DNA of 64,000 nucleotides from positions 2,974 through 66,973 of IMG/VR virus record IMGVR_UViG_3300045974_000462; one strand, given 5' to 3'. The DNA comes from a virus. Positions 35,868 to 44,872 of the stretch are shown in pieces (position 1 is the first letter of the stretch; each line of letters begins with the position of its first letter). The position numbers and the translations under genes are program-made. Under the pieces are notes generated by a model. It searched no databases, was not told the DNA's origin, and was given only the letters and a program-made list of their open reading frames with translations.

Positions 35868-37067
35868 TTATCGGGGGATCATGTCGTCGGAGACGAAGAA
35901 TATGGTGGTTGGTTCGATGGACGAGTCTTCGATGCGGATGCCGCTCCCGGCGATCTCGTCCATAAGTCCGGGGGCTATTCGTTGGAAGGCTTCCCGCTGC
36001 CGCTGTATGGTGAGCCCGGTCATGGTGGGGCGTCCGCCAATGGAGAGCGCTTCTCCCCTTCCGCCTCGCTCGGCTTTGTAGCCAATGGTGACCATGTTGT
36101 GGTCGTGGCGGACGGTCAGTTGCAGGGGCTCCGTCGATCCGTTCCCGGCTATGAAGGCAAGGGTACCGTATTCCCGCTTGACGATGTCCGCTATCAGTCC
36201 CTTCGGGTCGCCGAGGTGGCGCTGGCCGAGGCTGGTCATTTCGTCAGCCAGATTGGCTCCGGCTCGCTCGGATTCCTCGTTGGCGTTGTGGTATGCGGAG
36301 TCTAGGCAGTCATCGCAAAACTGACCGTAGAAGGTGTCGCCTGCGTTGTCTGCGTCGCTGGCGGTCCTGACCGGGGCGTCGGCTCCGCAGTGCTCGCATT
36401 GCCCGTCTTCGGTCTCGAATTCGTTGTAGTCGAAGTTCCCGTCATTGATGAGGCGGGTCATGGTTGCGAGTTTCGTCTCGCCTCCGTCGTTCACCAGTCC
36501 CTGCCATCGCGGGTTGGTCTTATTGCCAAACTTCGCGATCTCCTTCGGTCCGTGGAGTTCGTACTTTTCCGTGCGCGAGTTGGGGTTCAAGCGGTGGATG
36601 AAGACTCCGCCTTCTTTGCCGGGGAGCAGTTCGTCTCCTGGCTTCATGTTCCTCTTCGCGGTCCCGGCTGACTTGTATGGCTGCATCCCCTTGGCGGCGA
36701 TCTGGCTGACCGCTCCCGATTGCGTCCTGCGGGAGTAGGCGGTGTGGTGAAATGCTGCCTTTTCCCGGTGGTATTCGGCCTCGTTGTGCTGGCCTGCGGA
36801 GACCGCGAGGTCTGCGGCCTTCTGGTGAAGGTCTCGGGCTCGCTTGTGCTCCTCTGCCGGTCGTTCTCCCCTGCGGCCTGTTGCCACCAGCAGATCGCTT
36901 GCCTCTTGCGCGATGTTGCTGGCGTCCTTGGCGGCGCGACCTATTGAGTGGTTCGGGCTATGGATGCTGTCGGTCGGGAATTCAAACCCGAGTTGCGTGC
37001 TTTTCTTCAGCAGTTCGACCGCCGCGTCCGCTGCCTGCTGGATCGCTTTGTTCAGTTCTTCGCTCAT
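35868..37067 (-). CDS. Tagged putative internal head protein with CxxC Zn module
   Basis: ELNKAIQQAADAAVELLKKSTQLGFEF...HHTAYSRRTQSG; CEHC..CDDC. Confidence 0.8.
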   Translation of the reverse strand: MSEELNKAIQQAADAAVELLKKSTQLGFEFPTDSIHSPNHSIGRAAKDASNIAQEASDLLVATGRRGERPAEEHKRARDLHQKAADLAVSAGQHNEAEYHREKAAFHHTAYSRRTQSGAVSQIAAKGMQPYKSAGTAKRNMKPGDELLPGKEGGVFIHRLNPNSRTEKYELHGPKEIAKFGNKTNPRWQGLVNDGGETKLATMTRLINDGNFDYNEFETEDGQCEHCGADAPVRTASDADNAGDTFYGQFCDDCLDSAYHNANEESERAGANLADEMTSLGQRHLGDPKGLIADIVKREYGTLAFIAGNGSTEPLQLTVRHDHNMVTIGYKAERGGRGEALSIGGRPTMTGLTIQRQREAFQRIAPGLMDEIAGSGIRIEDSSIEPTTIFFVSDDMIPR

Positions 37068-37102
37068 CGTTATGTCCTCCTGCTTGGATTTGCTTTCTCT
37101 AT

Positions 37103-37138
37103 GGGATACAAGATGCCGCAGAATGGTCGCTGACCCCT
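37103..37138 (-). promoter_or_regulatory. Promoter cassette core, minus-strand copy (13th)
   Basis: GGGGTCAGCGACCATTCTGCGGCATCTTGTATCCC upstream of 37067. Confidence 0.8.
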
Positions 37139-37157
37139 GCGGCTCTGTTATTTCTGC

Positions 37158-37463
37158 TTAACAGACCGATCCTGCCGGTTGCTGGTCGAGGCCATTGTCG
37201 TATGGCAGGTCCGGGTCGTCTTCGATGTCCACAAACGTGACGTCTGTCTCCGGGCTCTGCTTCAGGTTCATGGCGGCGCAGTGTAAGTCCGAGGGTGCAG
37301 CGTTGTTGCCGATAAGGTGTCCGAAGGCTCCGTATGCCGTGGCGAGCCAGTCGCGGGCGATGTCGGCTCCGGGTCCGGTGATCTCAAACGGTCCGAGTCG
37401 GTTCCATTGCTGGTGGGTATGGACGATCGCTTTTCCTGCGGGGGTGGCGACGGTTATGGTCAT
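37158..37463 (-). CDS. Untagged hypothetical protein, possible immunity/partner
   Basis: ATGA-coupled to the zincin gene; AYGAFGHLIG..PSDLH. Confidence 0.7.
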   Translation of the reverse strand: MTITVATPAGKAIVHTHQQWNRLGPFEITGPGADIARDWLATAYGAFGHLIGNNAAPSDLHCAAMNLKQSPETDVTFVDIEDDPDLPYDNGLDQQPAGSVC

Positions 37464-38662
37464 TTGCGGCTCCTCGTTTTCTTGGGTTTTTTAACCGGCT
37501 TGGTCTGGATGTAGTGGATCATCCCGAGCATGAAGTGGAAGTGTTCCGGGTCGTCTTGGGCGAAGCGGGTCAAACCGTAGCGCGAGGAGAATTGCTGCAT
37601 CCCCATCGAGACGACCTCGCTGTAATGCCTGCCATAATCCTTGCCGACGTATGGGCTCACAAAATTGTCTACCCATGCCGACTCGCCATCCTTGTAATTG
37701 CTGCCGGGGACCAGTTCCTTCAGCGGCTTCAGTTCGATATTGTTTCTGCCGGTGGTCGCCTTGTAGTGACGACGGCAGCGGTCGATTACGAAATCGCAGG
37801 ATGCCTCAGTGATCTCCGGGTGGCTCATCTCGATGTGGTGTCCCATCTCGTGCATGATGGTATTGTCGGCTGTTCTCCGGTTCATGGTAAACCATCCAGC
37901 AGGGTTGGCACTGGCTCGCTCGCCTTCGACAAGGTCGTCCTTGATGAATTTGAGGGTCGGAGTCTTGTCGGTGCCGATGATTTGGTAAAACTTTGTGATG
38001 GCTTGTTCCTGGTTGCTGTCGAGGCCGATCATCATGTCTTTGGTCAGTTGGTCCTTGGCGTCTGCGGCCTCGTAGAATGGCGTCTGTTCCTGCAGGTGCT
38101 TCAGTATGCTGTGGTAGGAGTTGTTTATCTCTTGCTCGACTCTGATCCGTGATGCGGCAGATAGTCGCTCTCTCATGTCCAGTTCGTCGTTGGCGGCGGT
38201 TATTATCCGGTGCGATGCTCCCTTGTCGTACAGTTTTGTAACCTTGGCCTTTGCCGACTCGTAGTCCTTCTTGAATGCCTCATAGGCGTCGAGTGCCGCT
38301 GCGACCTTTGGTGCCATGAATTCCAGCACGGCTTTGCCGTTGTTGACGAGGATCTTGTGCTTGGGCTCCGCGAGTTTGGTCGGCCTTCCGCTCGTTGCGT
38401 CTCGCATCCACTTGGCTGTCGGCAGCGGCGTCAGCTTGAGTTCCGTTATGGTCTTGGGCTTCGGCGGTGGAGGGGGTGGAGGGGGTGGAGGCAGCGGTCG
38501 GGAGAAGTCGAGACCGAGTTGGTGAGCGTGCGGGTTGCCGCGTTGTGCTATCCGGCTGGCGGTGCCTCTCTGGTTGGTCCGGGTGTAGCTGATATGGTTC
38601 GGTCGGCTGGTCCCGAAGTTAAACCCGAGTTGCTCGCTCTTGAGCAGAAGGTAGCGGATCAT
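37460..38662 (-). CDS. Tagged zincin metallopeptidase (MPTase-like)
   Basis: MIRYLLLKSEQLGFNF tag; HEMGH, SPYVGK, SEVVSMG. Confidence 0.85.
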   Translation of the reverse strand: MIRYLLLKSEQLGFNFGTSRPNHISYTRTNQRGTASRIAQRGNPHAHQLGLDFSRPLPPPPPPPPPPKPKTITELKLTPLPTAKWMRDATSGRPTKLAEPKHKILVNNGKAVLEFMAPKVAAALDAYEAFKKDYESAKAKVTKLYDKGASHRIITAANDELDMRERLSAASRIRVEQEINNSYHSILKHLQEQTPFYEAADAKDQLTKDMMIGLDSNQEQAITKFYQIIGTDKTPTLKFIKDDLVEGERASANPAGWFTMNRRTADNTIMHEMGHHIEMSHPEITEASCDFVIDRCRRHYKATTGRNNIELKPLKELVPGSNYKDGESAWVDNFVSPYVGKDYGRHYSEVVSMGMQQFSSRYGLTRFAQDDPEHFHFMLGMIHYIQTKPVKKPKKTRSRK

Positions 38663-38673
38663 GGTGGCCTCTG

Positions 38674-39825
38674 TCAGTATCGGTTGCGCCGGGGTGGTGG
38701 GGCGTCCGGTTTGTTCTTGAGGTGGTGGAGCATCCCGATTATGAAGTGGGCGTGTTCCGGGTCTTTGTCGAGCAGTTTGATAAAGTCGTTATGTTTGCCG
38801 AGGTGCTGCATCCCCATCGAGACGACCTCAGTGCTGCCGTCTGAGTAAAACTTGCCGACGTATGGGCTGACGAATTTGTCCGTCATGGCTCGCTCGTCGG
38901 CATCGTACCTGCTGCCGGGGACTATCTCCTTTAGCGGTTTCAGGCTGGTGCTGCCTCCCTTGCGCTCGCACTTGCTGTACCTGAATTGCGCGGCGGCTCG
39001 CTCGACCTCGGGGTGGGAGAATTCTATGTGGTGCGCTATCTCGTGGATGACCGTGGTGCGGTTGGCCTTCTCGTCCAGCTTGATGTATCCGGTAGGGCTA
39101 GCGCAGGCTCTAAAGTCTTTACCCATGCTCTCGGTCCATCGGTATGTGGGCGTCTTTCCGGTACCGACCATCGCGTAAAAGTCGCCGATGGCCTTCTGCT
39201 GCTCCCTGTTCTTCAGTCCTCCGCCTGTGACCTCTTTCGCCTTCGTGCGGCATCGCTCTATGTCGTTGCCTTCCTGCAGCCATGCGATGACCTTTTCGTA
39301 CTCGTCTTTTCCGGAGTCGCGCTGTGCTTTGAGGTGATCGTCCAGCATTCGGTCGTGTTCCATGCTAAGTCGCTTGACCTCAGGATGTGCCGCCAGGATG
39401 TCCTGGTATCCGGTGTGGTCGGGGTGCTCCTTCGCTGCTTCCTTGTATGCCGTGGAGTACCTCAGGTATGCGTCGTGTCGCTCCTGCTTCAGCTTATCCT
39501 TGTGTGCTTGGCGGTCCTTGGCGGTCCGGCCACCAGTAAGCAGTTCCAGTATGTTTCTGCCGTTGTCGATGAATCCCTGAAAGCTGGAATCCTCGCGGAC
39601 CACGTCGGCGATAGTCTTCTGCTTCGGTGGCGGCGGTGGCGCTGGCCGGGAGAAGTCGAGGCCGAGTTGCTGTGGCTTCGGCGCTCCCCTCTGGGCGACA
39701 ATGGAGACCGTGCCTCGGGAGTTGACGCGGCGGTATCCGACGTGGTGCGGGTTCGGGTTGGTACCTCCGGTGCCGAAGTCGAAGAGTCCCGGTTGCGTGC
39801 TCTTGATGAGCAGAAAGCGGATCAT
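38674..39825 (-). CDS. Tagged zincin metallopeptidase, paralogue of the previous gene
   Basis: MIRFLLIKSTQPGLFDF tag; HEIAH, SPYVGK, TEVVSMG. Confidence 0.85.
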   Translation of the reverse strand: MIRFLLIKSTQPGLFDFGTGGTNPNPHHVGYRRVNSRGTVSIVAQRGAPKPQQLGLDFSRPAPPPPPKQKTIADVVREDSSFQGFIDNGRNILELLTGGRTAKDRQAHKDKLKQERHDAYLRYSTAYKEAAKEHPDHTGYQDILAAHPEVKRLSMEHDRMLDDHLKAQRDSGKDEYEKVIAWLQEGNDIERCRTKAKEVTGGGLKNREQQKAIGDFYAMVGTGKTPTYRWTESMGKDFRACASPTGYIKLDEKANRTTVIHEIAHHIEFSHPEVERAAAQFRYSKCERKGGSTSLKPLKEIVPGSRYDADERAMTDKFVSPYVGKFYSDGSTEVVSMGMQHLGKHNDFIKLLDKDPEHAHFIIGMLHHLKNKPDAPPPRRNRY

Positions 39826-39827
39826 GG

Positions 39828-41573
39828 TCAGTCCTCCAAGGTAATCTGTAAAAACTTGACCGGTGGCGCTCCGTCTCCCTTCGGCCTGCGGGCCTTGCGG
39901 AGCACGCTGCCGTCGACGGCTGATTTCTGGGTGTCGGGCGGACCGTCCTGACCGTCACCTTGGTCCTGGGGCTGGTTCAGCATTTGGAAGGTATTAAGGT
40001 AGTTTGGTATGGGGACGTCACAAGGGAAGTTCCAGGGGTTCTCTGGGTCATCCGGGTCGCCGATGGGCTCCATATCTTCTTCCATCCGGGCCTCGTTCCG
40101 GGTCAGGTATTTGCTGACGCGGGCTCCTCGGATATCGATGGCTTCCTTCTCGTTCTCCGGTTCCAAGTTGACCACGACCAGCTTCAGGTCGTCGTATCGC
40201 GGCTTGATGATGGCGTCTGTCAACCACTCGCAGTTGTCCTGAATGCTCGGCTTGAGCCATCGCTCGTCGCTGCTCTCGATCTCGTAGCTGTTGTCGTGAC
40301 CGAACATCGAGCCACCAGATTGTCCGGAGTCGATGCCAAGGTTCAGGATGCTGGCGTGGGCTCCGTATGCGCTGCACTTGACCATCAAAAGCAGGCGGAT
40401 TAGCGTGTCGAAGAGCATATCTTTCGGGGTGTCCCTTAATTTTATACTCTCGATTTTGAACATATTGGGGTCGCCTGCCGGGATGACGGGCAGTCGCCAG
40501 TTGTTGCCGACTCCTCCGGCTTCGCCGAGTATCTGCTGCTTGAAGGCGGCGAGACCTTCCTTGTCGTAGTCTCCGGCGACGGTCAGTACCTGCTCTGGGT
40601 AGTTCGTCTTGAACATCTCCCGGTTGTAGTTCCATGCGAAAAGCAGGACCGTTGTAACGTCGAGGCTCATCTCCAGTCGGCTGGTTCCGTATCCCCACCT
40701 ATTGAGGCGATCGCTTGGGTTGGTGATGTGGACCGAGATTTCCTTGTCGGTGTAGGCGTTGACGATCATGCCGTCGATCATCTGCACAAAGCTGGCCTGC
40801 GCGATGTCGAATCCGCAGGCGGCGCTCATCCTGTCGATGGTGTGCTGCTGGACTTTCTTGGTGGGCTCGTTCTTGTATGCCCACAGCTTGAGGGTCTCAT
40901 CGACGTTCTTGATGCTGTCGCCGGGTATCCAGTGAAAGCAGGAGTAGCCTTTGCCGTCCGCTCGCTTGTATCTCCGGATTACCTTCCGGTCTATGATCAA
41001 CTCGGACCGGGTCAGGATGCCCATAAGTTCCTTCAGGCGCTGGTGCGGTCGCAGTCCCTCCGGATAAAACCGGTACGGCTGTCCGCTGCCGTCTGTGAAG
41101 ACTCCGGCGTATTCCTCGGGGCTCGGGTCGGATAGGACGTCTTCCATTTCCCGGCAGCGTTCGTCGATCAGCTTGCTGCCTTTGAAGTCCTTGTCGTCGT
41201 GACGTTCGTGGACGACTTTAAATCCGACCTGTTTGGATTTCCCGTTGCTCGCCTTGCCCCATATCTGCTTCATCTGGTCGATGCGGGCTTGGATGATGAT
41301 GGCGTCAATAAAGGATTTTTCGGACGCTTCGTAAAGGATGGATGCCTGCGGCGTGCCGACCGGCTTTTCGCGGGCTCCGAAGACGAGGGAATTGAGGGAG
41401 AATTGGGAGAAAAATTTGGTTTTATTGTCGAGGATGCGCTGCTTGGTGGCTTCGGCCTTGACCAACGACTCCATGCTGCGGCTCGGGACGATTAATCCAG
41501 CAGGGGTCTCAACCGGATTGACGAGGTCGTGCGGGGTGGGTCTCATAGGCGCTCCGTTCCGTTGTTTTACCAT
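39828..41573 (-). CDS. Portal protein
   Basis: LIIDRKV, HWIPGDSI, GYGTSRLE, WRLPVI, PSIQDNCEWLT, YLTRNEAR; alternative start 41546. Confidence 0.88.
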   Translation of the reverse strand: MVKQRNGAPMRPTPHDLVNPVETPAGLIVPSRSMESLVKAEATKQRILDNKTKFFSQFSLNSLVFGAREKPVGTPQASILYEASEKSFIDAIIIQARIDQMKQIWGKASNGKSKQVGFKVVHERHDDKDFKGSKLIDERCREMEDVLSDPSPEEYAGVFTDGSGQPYRFYPEGLRPHQRLKELMGILTRSELIIDRKVIRRYKRADGKGYSCFHWIPGDSIKNVDETLKLWAYKNEPTKKVQQHTIDRMSAACGFDIAQASFVQMIDGMIVNAYTDKEISVHITNPSDRLNRWGYGTSRLEMSLDVTTVLLFAWNYNREMFKTNYPEQVLTVAGDYDKEGLAAFKQQILGEAGGVGNNWRLPVIPAGDPNMFKIESIKLRDTPKDMLFDTLIRLLLMVKCSAYGAHASILNLGIDSGQSGGSMFGHDNSYEIESSDERWLKPSIQDNCEWLTDAIIKPRYDDLKLVVVNLEPENEKEAIDIRGARVSKYLTRNEARMEEDMEPIGDPDDPENPWNFPCDVPIPNYLNTFQMLNQPQDQGDGQDGPPDTQKSAVDGSVLRKARRPKGDGAPPVKFLQITLED

Positions 41574-41618
41574 GCGGAACAGTATTACCTATGTGGGCGG
41601 CGCTCTGCAATTTTTTTG

Positions 41619-41972
41619 CTATCTGCCTAAAATGTGAACTGCGAATGCTACCATAAAAAGCGTGGTAAGCAGCACGAGGATATCAAGGAATGGGTCGTAG
41701 TACCCTTCAGGCATTGGTGGCTTGCTCCTGCGAGCATGCGACGGTGTATTGCGTGGTGGCGGCGGTGGGTTCTTGGCTCGCTCGTACTTGTCCTCGACCT
41801 CTCGCCAGTTGTCGCGGATGGTCTCAAGGTTGGCGATCCGCTCGACCAGTTGCATGGCGTCGCCGATGGACAGGTTTGCTGGAAGGTTGAGGAATTCGGG
41901 GAGATCTTCAAAGTTCGCGGCGGCGCGGTCGTAGCGGGCCTTGATGGAGGTGATGAGTTCTGCGTCGGTCAC
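41619..41972 (-). CDS. Membrane protein (C-terminal TM)
   Basis: GGAG RBS; ILVLLTTLFMVAFAVHIL. Confidence 0.6.
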   Translation of the reverse strand: MTDAELITSIKARYDRAAANFEDLPEFLNLPANLSIGDAMQLVERIANLETIRDNWREVEDKYERAKNPPPPPRNTPSHARRSKPPMPEGYYDPFLDILVLLTTLFMVAFAVHILGR

Positions 41973-42145
41973 GGTGTTCTCCGTCTATCGTTTCGGTTGA
42001 ATATGGTGCTCTGAAAGGTATAGGCTCCAGTCACATCGACTCTCCTTGTTGGTTTCGCAGGTCTTCAGTTTGAGTTGGTTGTTGCGGTAGAATGGTCGAC
42101 GCCAGTCCATGCATACTCCGTGGTGGGGGCAGGGGTGCTTGGCGC

Positions 42146-42376
42146 TCATGCTTTGGTGGCGGCGTCTCGCTCTGACCGGTCGTATCTCTGCTTCAGGTTG
42201 TAGGTTCTGGCTCCGAATGTACCCAGAACTGAGTGTAGGTCGTTCACGATCTGGGCATGCTCTTGGCAGTAACCGGTGGCGTCGCCGATGTCGTTGACTC
42301 TATGGAGCATGACCTCGTTTGCGTCTATGGCGGCTAGGACTCTGACGGCTTTGTCGGATAGGCTTTCGTGGGTCAT
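42146..42376 (-). CDS. Hypothetical protein
   Basis: ATGA-coupled to the GIY-YIG gene. Confidence 0.5.
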   Translation of the reverse strand: MTHESLSDKAVRVLAAIDANEVMLHRVNDIGDATGYCQEHAQIVNDLHSVLGTFGARTYNLKQRYDRSERDAATKA

Positions 42377-43071
42377 GGCGCGACCTCGCTCTGTGCAGAT
42401 TTGGGTTGAAATCCGTTTTTGTGGCGACCTGTTGCGTGTGCGGTCACCATTCCTTGGCGTATCTTGGACTTGTGGTCTTCGGAGAGTTTGTTTCCATAGT
42501 GAGCAATGCTGAGTTTATGCTTTTGCTCATCGCTAAGTGGTCCGTATGTTCTGCTGGCGTTTGCTTTTTTCCCCATCTCTCTCATTGTGTCGATGTTGGT
42601 TCTTAATTTCGCGGATGTGCTCATTTTGGCTCTTGCTTCATCGGTGGACTTTCGGCCTTTGTGTGTTTCGCTTATCTGTGCCTTCTGCTCGTCGGTTATT
42701 GGACCTTTAGGGTTTTTCTTGAATCTTGCTATTTGTGCTTCGGACATTTTCCGTCTTGTCTGCTCTCCGTGTATCATTACTCCTTCTCGGTCAGGTGCCT
42801 GCATGGTGTTAAATGACCGCTCTGTTTTGGATAGTATTGCTCTTTCCCTGTCTCTAAGGCTATTCGGTGGTTCGACGGTTTCAATCAGATTGAAGTTGAA
42901 ATCCGCAGCTCCGTGTTTCGACCATGCTCTTTGTAACCACGGAGCGTGGTGTCTGCCACAGTCGAGGTCGCTTTTGTGTCGCTTCCATCGTCGGCTTATG
43001 TTTGTGGAGCTACCGATATAAGAAATGCCTGTGGTGATCTGGGTGATGGCGTAAATACCGCTTATCTTCAT
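42373..43071 (-). mobile_element. GIY-YIG homing endonuclease with NUMOD3 repeats
   Basis: SGIYAITQITTGISYIGSS...R; RRKMSEAQ, KAQISETHKG, RAKMSTS. Confidence 0.9.
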
Positions 43072-43075
43072 TTCT

Positions 43076-43471
43076 TCACCTTGTCCATCCTACTATGGGT
43101 TCTGGCAGTATCCATAAGTGCCTGAGATTTCCGACGTTGACAATTTCTTTATCTGCCGGGTAAACCTCGACGGCGTAACTGTCGCCGTGGCCTATCTCCC
43201 GCTTGACCTGCATCATCTCGTCCCATGTGATGCGGTCTTCCCACTCCCCGACCTCGTTGAGCATGGTACGGCAAATGGAAACGCGGACGACTCCATTCCC
43301 CTCTTCAAAGACTTGGGCGAGGTAGCGGTTGCTGCGCCAGACCTCGCGTATCTTGCTGTCGCCGTGCTCCGGACATATCTCCGGGGGTACAAAGGCCATT
43401 CTGCTCGGCTGTTTCGCGTTTGCTGCCATCATTTCCCTGCGGGCAATGCGGAGGGCGTTCGGTCGTTTCAT
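43076..43471 (-). CDS. Conserved phage protein
   Basis: ITWDEMMQVKREIG..AVEVYP...VNVGNLRHLW. Confidence 0.8.
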   Translation of the reverse strand: MKRPNALRIARREMMAANAKQPSRMAFVPPEICPEHGDSKIREVWRSNRYLAQVFEEGNGVVRVSICRTMLNEVGEWEDRITWDEMMQVKREIGHGDSYAVEVYPADKEIVNVGNLRHLWILPEPIVGWTR

Positions 43472-43482
43472 GGTTGCTCCTG

Positions 43483-43671
43483 TCAGTATCTGTCGAAGAG
43501 GGTCTGCAGGTACTCTTCCTGTTTCGTGGTCAGGGTGCCGTTGCGGTCGAGGCGGGCCTTGACGTTGCCGATGAAGTCGATGGCGTAGTCGTCGTCGATC
43601 CTTCCGTGATCGGCCTCGATTTTCAGCTTGTTCGCCATCATTTTGTGGCGCTGGTCGGTAACTATGGGCAT
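43483..43671 (-). CDS. Small hypothetical protein
   Basis: DFIGNVKARL..LTTKQEEYLQTLFDRY. Confidence 0.5.
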   Translation of the reverse strand: MPIVTDQRHKMMANKLKIEADHGRIDDDYAIDFIGNVKARLDRNGTLTTKQEEYLQTLFDRY

Positions 43672-43889
43672 GGCACCATCCCGCAGTAACCTTTGCCGGT
43701 GCGCTGGTAGTCGCGCTTCCGTGGTTTGTTCGGCGGTCCGGGGAATGCTTGCGGTGAGTCCGGGATGGCCTTGGACGCTTCCGTCTCTTCCACTTCGTAT
43801 CGCCATGCCATGCAGACGGTGGATGCGCATTGCCGGTTGACGGTGCAGCAGTATTTGTCTCGGGCGTCTCTGGGGTCGATTGCGGTCAT
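43662..43889 (-). CDS. Cys-rich small protein
   Basis: CC...CASTVCMAWRY...GYCG. Confidence 0.65.
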   Translation of the reverse strand: MTAIDPRDARDKYCCTVNRQCASTVCMAWRYEVEETEASKAIPDSPQAFPGPPNKPRKRDYQRTGKGYCGMVPCP

Positions 43890-43894
43890 GGCGG

Positions 43895-44113
43895 TCAGGT
43901 CTCCGGTACTTCGTGGTGGACGCTCTCGATCATGACGTCGTGGCCGATGGCTCCGCAAAAGGTGGATTGTCCTCCGTTGGTATGCATCCAGAGTTCTACG
44001 TCTCCGCCTTCTGCTGCGATAGTCATGAATCTGACGAGCGCCTTGTGCAGCTTGGTCGCTTGGTCGACGTTGCTCATGGTGATCGATACGGTTGTCTGGG
44101 TGTCGTTTATCAT
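43895..44113 (-). CDS. Hypothetical protein
   Basis: ATGA-coupled. Confidence 0.55.
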   Translation of the reverse strand: MINDTQTTVSITMSNVDQATKLHKALVRFMTIAAEGGDVELWMHTNGGQSTFCGAIGHDVMIESVHHEVPET

Positions 44114-44514
44114 ATCGGTAGCCTCAGTTGTCCTTCGTGTTGGCGCTCCCGGATTCCGTGGCGGCGGGTGGCGGCGTCGTATCGGTTATGGCATTGCTGG
44201 CATAATGCCCGGAGGTTGTCGTCGGCGACGTTCTCCGGCTGGTGGTCGAGGTGGGCGATGGTCAGCACGATCATGATCAGTCCGGCAGCGGAGAGCGCCT
44301 GCTGTTTGCTGTGGTGGCTGTGGAGTTTGTCATGGTAGATGTCCCATTGTCCGGGGTATGGGTGGCGAAATGTCCCGGCCTTGTCCCTTGTCCCGATGCT
44401 GTGGTTGTGGAGCCCGCATTCCTCGCAGCGGTTACCGGCACGGCGGAGAATCGCGGAGCGTATCTCCTTCCAGTTCTCCGGGTAGCGCTGGCGGTTCTCG
44501 GGGCGTATCGGCAC
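44110..44514 (-). CDS. HNH endonuclease-like protein
   Basis: RAGNRCEECG..VLTIAHLDH..NLRALCQQCHNRYD. Confidence 0.85.
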   Translation of the reverse strand: MPIRPENRQRYPENWKEIRSAILRRAGNRCEECGLHNHSIGTRDKAGTFRHPYPGQWDIYHDKLHSHHSKQQALSAAGLIMIVLTIAHLDHQPENVADDNLRALCQQCHNRYDAATRRHGIRERQHEGQLRLPI

Positions 44515-44680
44515 GGTCAGGTCTCCCGGCCTATGTCGAACTGGCGCAGCGGCTCGTTCTTAATCTTGACCGACTTGCCGTGGTGCTGGCGGTGCTCCTG
44601 ATATTCCTTGTCGGGGTATCCGGCTCCGTAGCGAATGACGACCTTGTCGGCGGTGAAGCGGCAGCTTGCGGTTTGCTCTC

Positions 44681-44872
44681 TCATTTCTTTTTCCTCCCGA
44701 GCATACCAAACAGTTCGTCTGTAAACTCCCGGTTGAAGTTAGGAGTTGGTCCCGGTCTTGGTGGTTGGCTGCAAGGTCCGCAAACATGGACGATGTCCTT
44801 GCGTAGCTTGGCGTCGCGGATTACTCCGAGGTAGGTCTGGCACTTGTGGCAGTGGATGTCGCGGTCGCTCAT
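44681..44872 (-). CDS. Zn-ribbon protein
   Basis: CHKC...CGPC. Confidence 0.6.
   Translation of the reverse strand: MSDRDIHCHKCQTYLGVIRDAKLRKDIVHVCGPCSQPPRPGPTPNFNREFTDELFGMLGRKKK

Noticed and set aside
42089-42100. Partial promoter core CGACCATTCT on the minus strand
   Set aside because: It lacks the GGTG flank and the GCGGGATCTT half; probably chance.
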